Below, in pieces: positions 63,144 through 64,000 of a stretch of 64,000 nt of DNA. The notes beneath the pieces were generated by a model, which was given only the letters and a program-made list of their open reading frames with translations, was not told the origin of the DNA and did no database searches. How positions within the stretch are numbered: the first letter of the stretch is position 1; each line of letters opens with the position of its first letter. Origin of the DNA: a virus. The stretch spans positions 1-64,000 of the IMG/VR virus record IMGVR_UViG_3300027969_000082; one strand, 5' to 3'. Both the position numbers and the translations under genes were made by a program.

Positions 63144-64000
63144 ATGGCAACTAAATCACTAGATGGCGTACTTACAAAAAAGGCGCATACACGAGAAACC
63201 TTCACTGAACGACACATTGAAGATTTAATCGCATGTTCGGATCCTAATACCGGATATCATTATTTCTGTAAGAATTATTTTTACATTCAACATCCAGTTA
63301 AAGGTAAAATGTTGTTTGAGCCTTTTGGCTTTCAAACAAGACTTTTAGATGCATATCACAATCATCGATTTAATGTAAACATGTTACCTCGTCAGATGGG
63401 CAAGACTACCTGTGCTGCCGGTTACCTACTCTGGTTTGCCATGTTTCATCCAGACCAGACTATTCTTATTTCAGCGCATAAATTTACTGGCTCACAAGAA
63501 ATTATGCAGCGTATTCGATACGCATACGAATTATGTCCCGATCATATTCGCTCGGGTGTAGTAAACTATAACAAAGGCTCTATTGAGTTTGATAATGGAT
63601 CACGTATTGTCTCTACAACTACTACTGGCAACACAGGTCGTGGTATGTCTATTTCCCTACTATACTGTGACGAATTTGCCTTTGTACCTCCAAATATCGC
63701 CAATGAGTTTTGGACTTCAATTTCCCCGACACTAGCAACTGGTGGTCGAGCAATTTTAACATCAACACCTAACAGTGATGAAGATACATTTGCTATCATA
63801 TGGAAAGAAGCTAACAAAAAGTTTGACGAGTTTGGTAACGAACAAGAAACGGGCGTTAACGGATTCTTTCCCTTTACATGTGCATGGAGTGAGCATCCAG
63901 ATCGAGATGACAAGTGGGCTTCATTAGAACGTGGGCGTATTGGTGAGGAACGATTCCGTCGTGAATACAATTGCGAGTTCTTAGTTTATGATGAAACACT
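63144..64000 (+). CDS. gp17: Terminase large subunit (T4 gp17-like), partial at window edge; not in the ORF track
   Basis: MATKSLDG...YIQHPVKG...LPRQMGKTT (Walker A)...GRGMSISLLYCDEFAFV (Walker B)...ILTSTPN. Confidence 0.95.
   Translation, partial: MATKSLDGVLTKKAHTRETFTERHIEDLIACSDPNTGYHYFCKNYFYIQHPVKGKMLFEPFGFQTRLLDAYHNHRFNVNMLPRQMGKTTCAAGYLLWFAMFHPDQTILISAHKFTGSQEIMQRIRYAYELCPDHIRSGVVNYNKGSIEFDNGSRIVSTTTTGNTGRGMSISLLYCDEFAFVPPNIANEFWTSISPTLATGGRAILTSTPNSDEDTFAIIWKEANKKFDEFGNEQETGVNGFFPFTCAWSEHPDRDDKWASLERGRIGEERFRREYNCEFLVYDET

Noticed and set aside
1-64000. Stop-codon reassignment (stops I checked are TAA or TGA; none is TAG)
   Set aside because: Genes up to 10 kb read through in the standard code without fragmentation, so there is no positive evidence of recoding
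63144-64000. Intein or intron in terminase (also checked capsid and sheath)
   Set aside because: The visible ATPase domain is continuous from Walker A to Walker B; no splicing motifs seen in the available part
1-64000. tRNA or rRNA genes
   Set aside because: Intergenic gaps are short and none shows a cloverleaf with a T-loop motif

Overview
This window is the virion morphogenesis region of a large, AT-rich, T4-superfamily (likely jumbo) myophage, read in the standard genetic code. Gene order: 3' end of prohead protease (gp21), scaffold (gp22), major capsid (gp23); about 41 kb of fibre/virion genes, including four giant proteins of 1928-3495 aa interspersed with small paralogous adaptor-like genes; three tandem [Gly/Cys-rich tip protein + chaperone] pairs; an enzyme cluster (degenerate GmhB-like HAD, GT9-like glycosyltransferase, O-carbamoyltransferase, 2OG-Fe(II) oxygenase, SGNH-like protein, Nudix); inverted gp15/gp14 and gp13 neck genes; small basic proteins with T4-style capsid-targeting N-termini; dNMP kinase, HNH-like gene, sheath, tube, gp48/54-like, gp4, probable small terminase, and the 5' part of the large terminase. 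A T4-like late promoter core (TAAATA) precedes most units. Most notable: (1) eight repeats in the 3495-aa protein that resemble the phycobiliprotein bilin-binding helix (C-x-R-D-x-G-Y); (2) a triplicated, very Cys-rich polyglycine adhesin/chaperone cassette next to a late-promoter-driven glycosylation/carbamoylation cluster; (3) two multi-hairpin 5' leaders; (4) apparently leaderless late genes; (5) protein-identical but synonymously diverged fibre repeats. All assignments come from motif recognition by eye; no searches were run.
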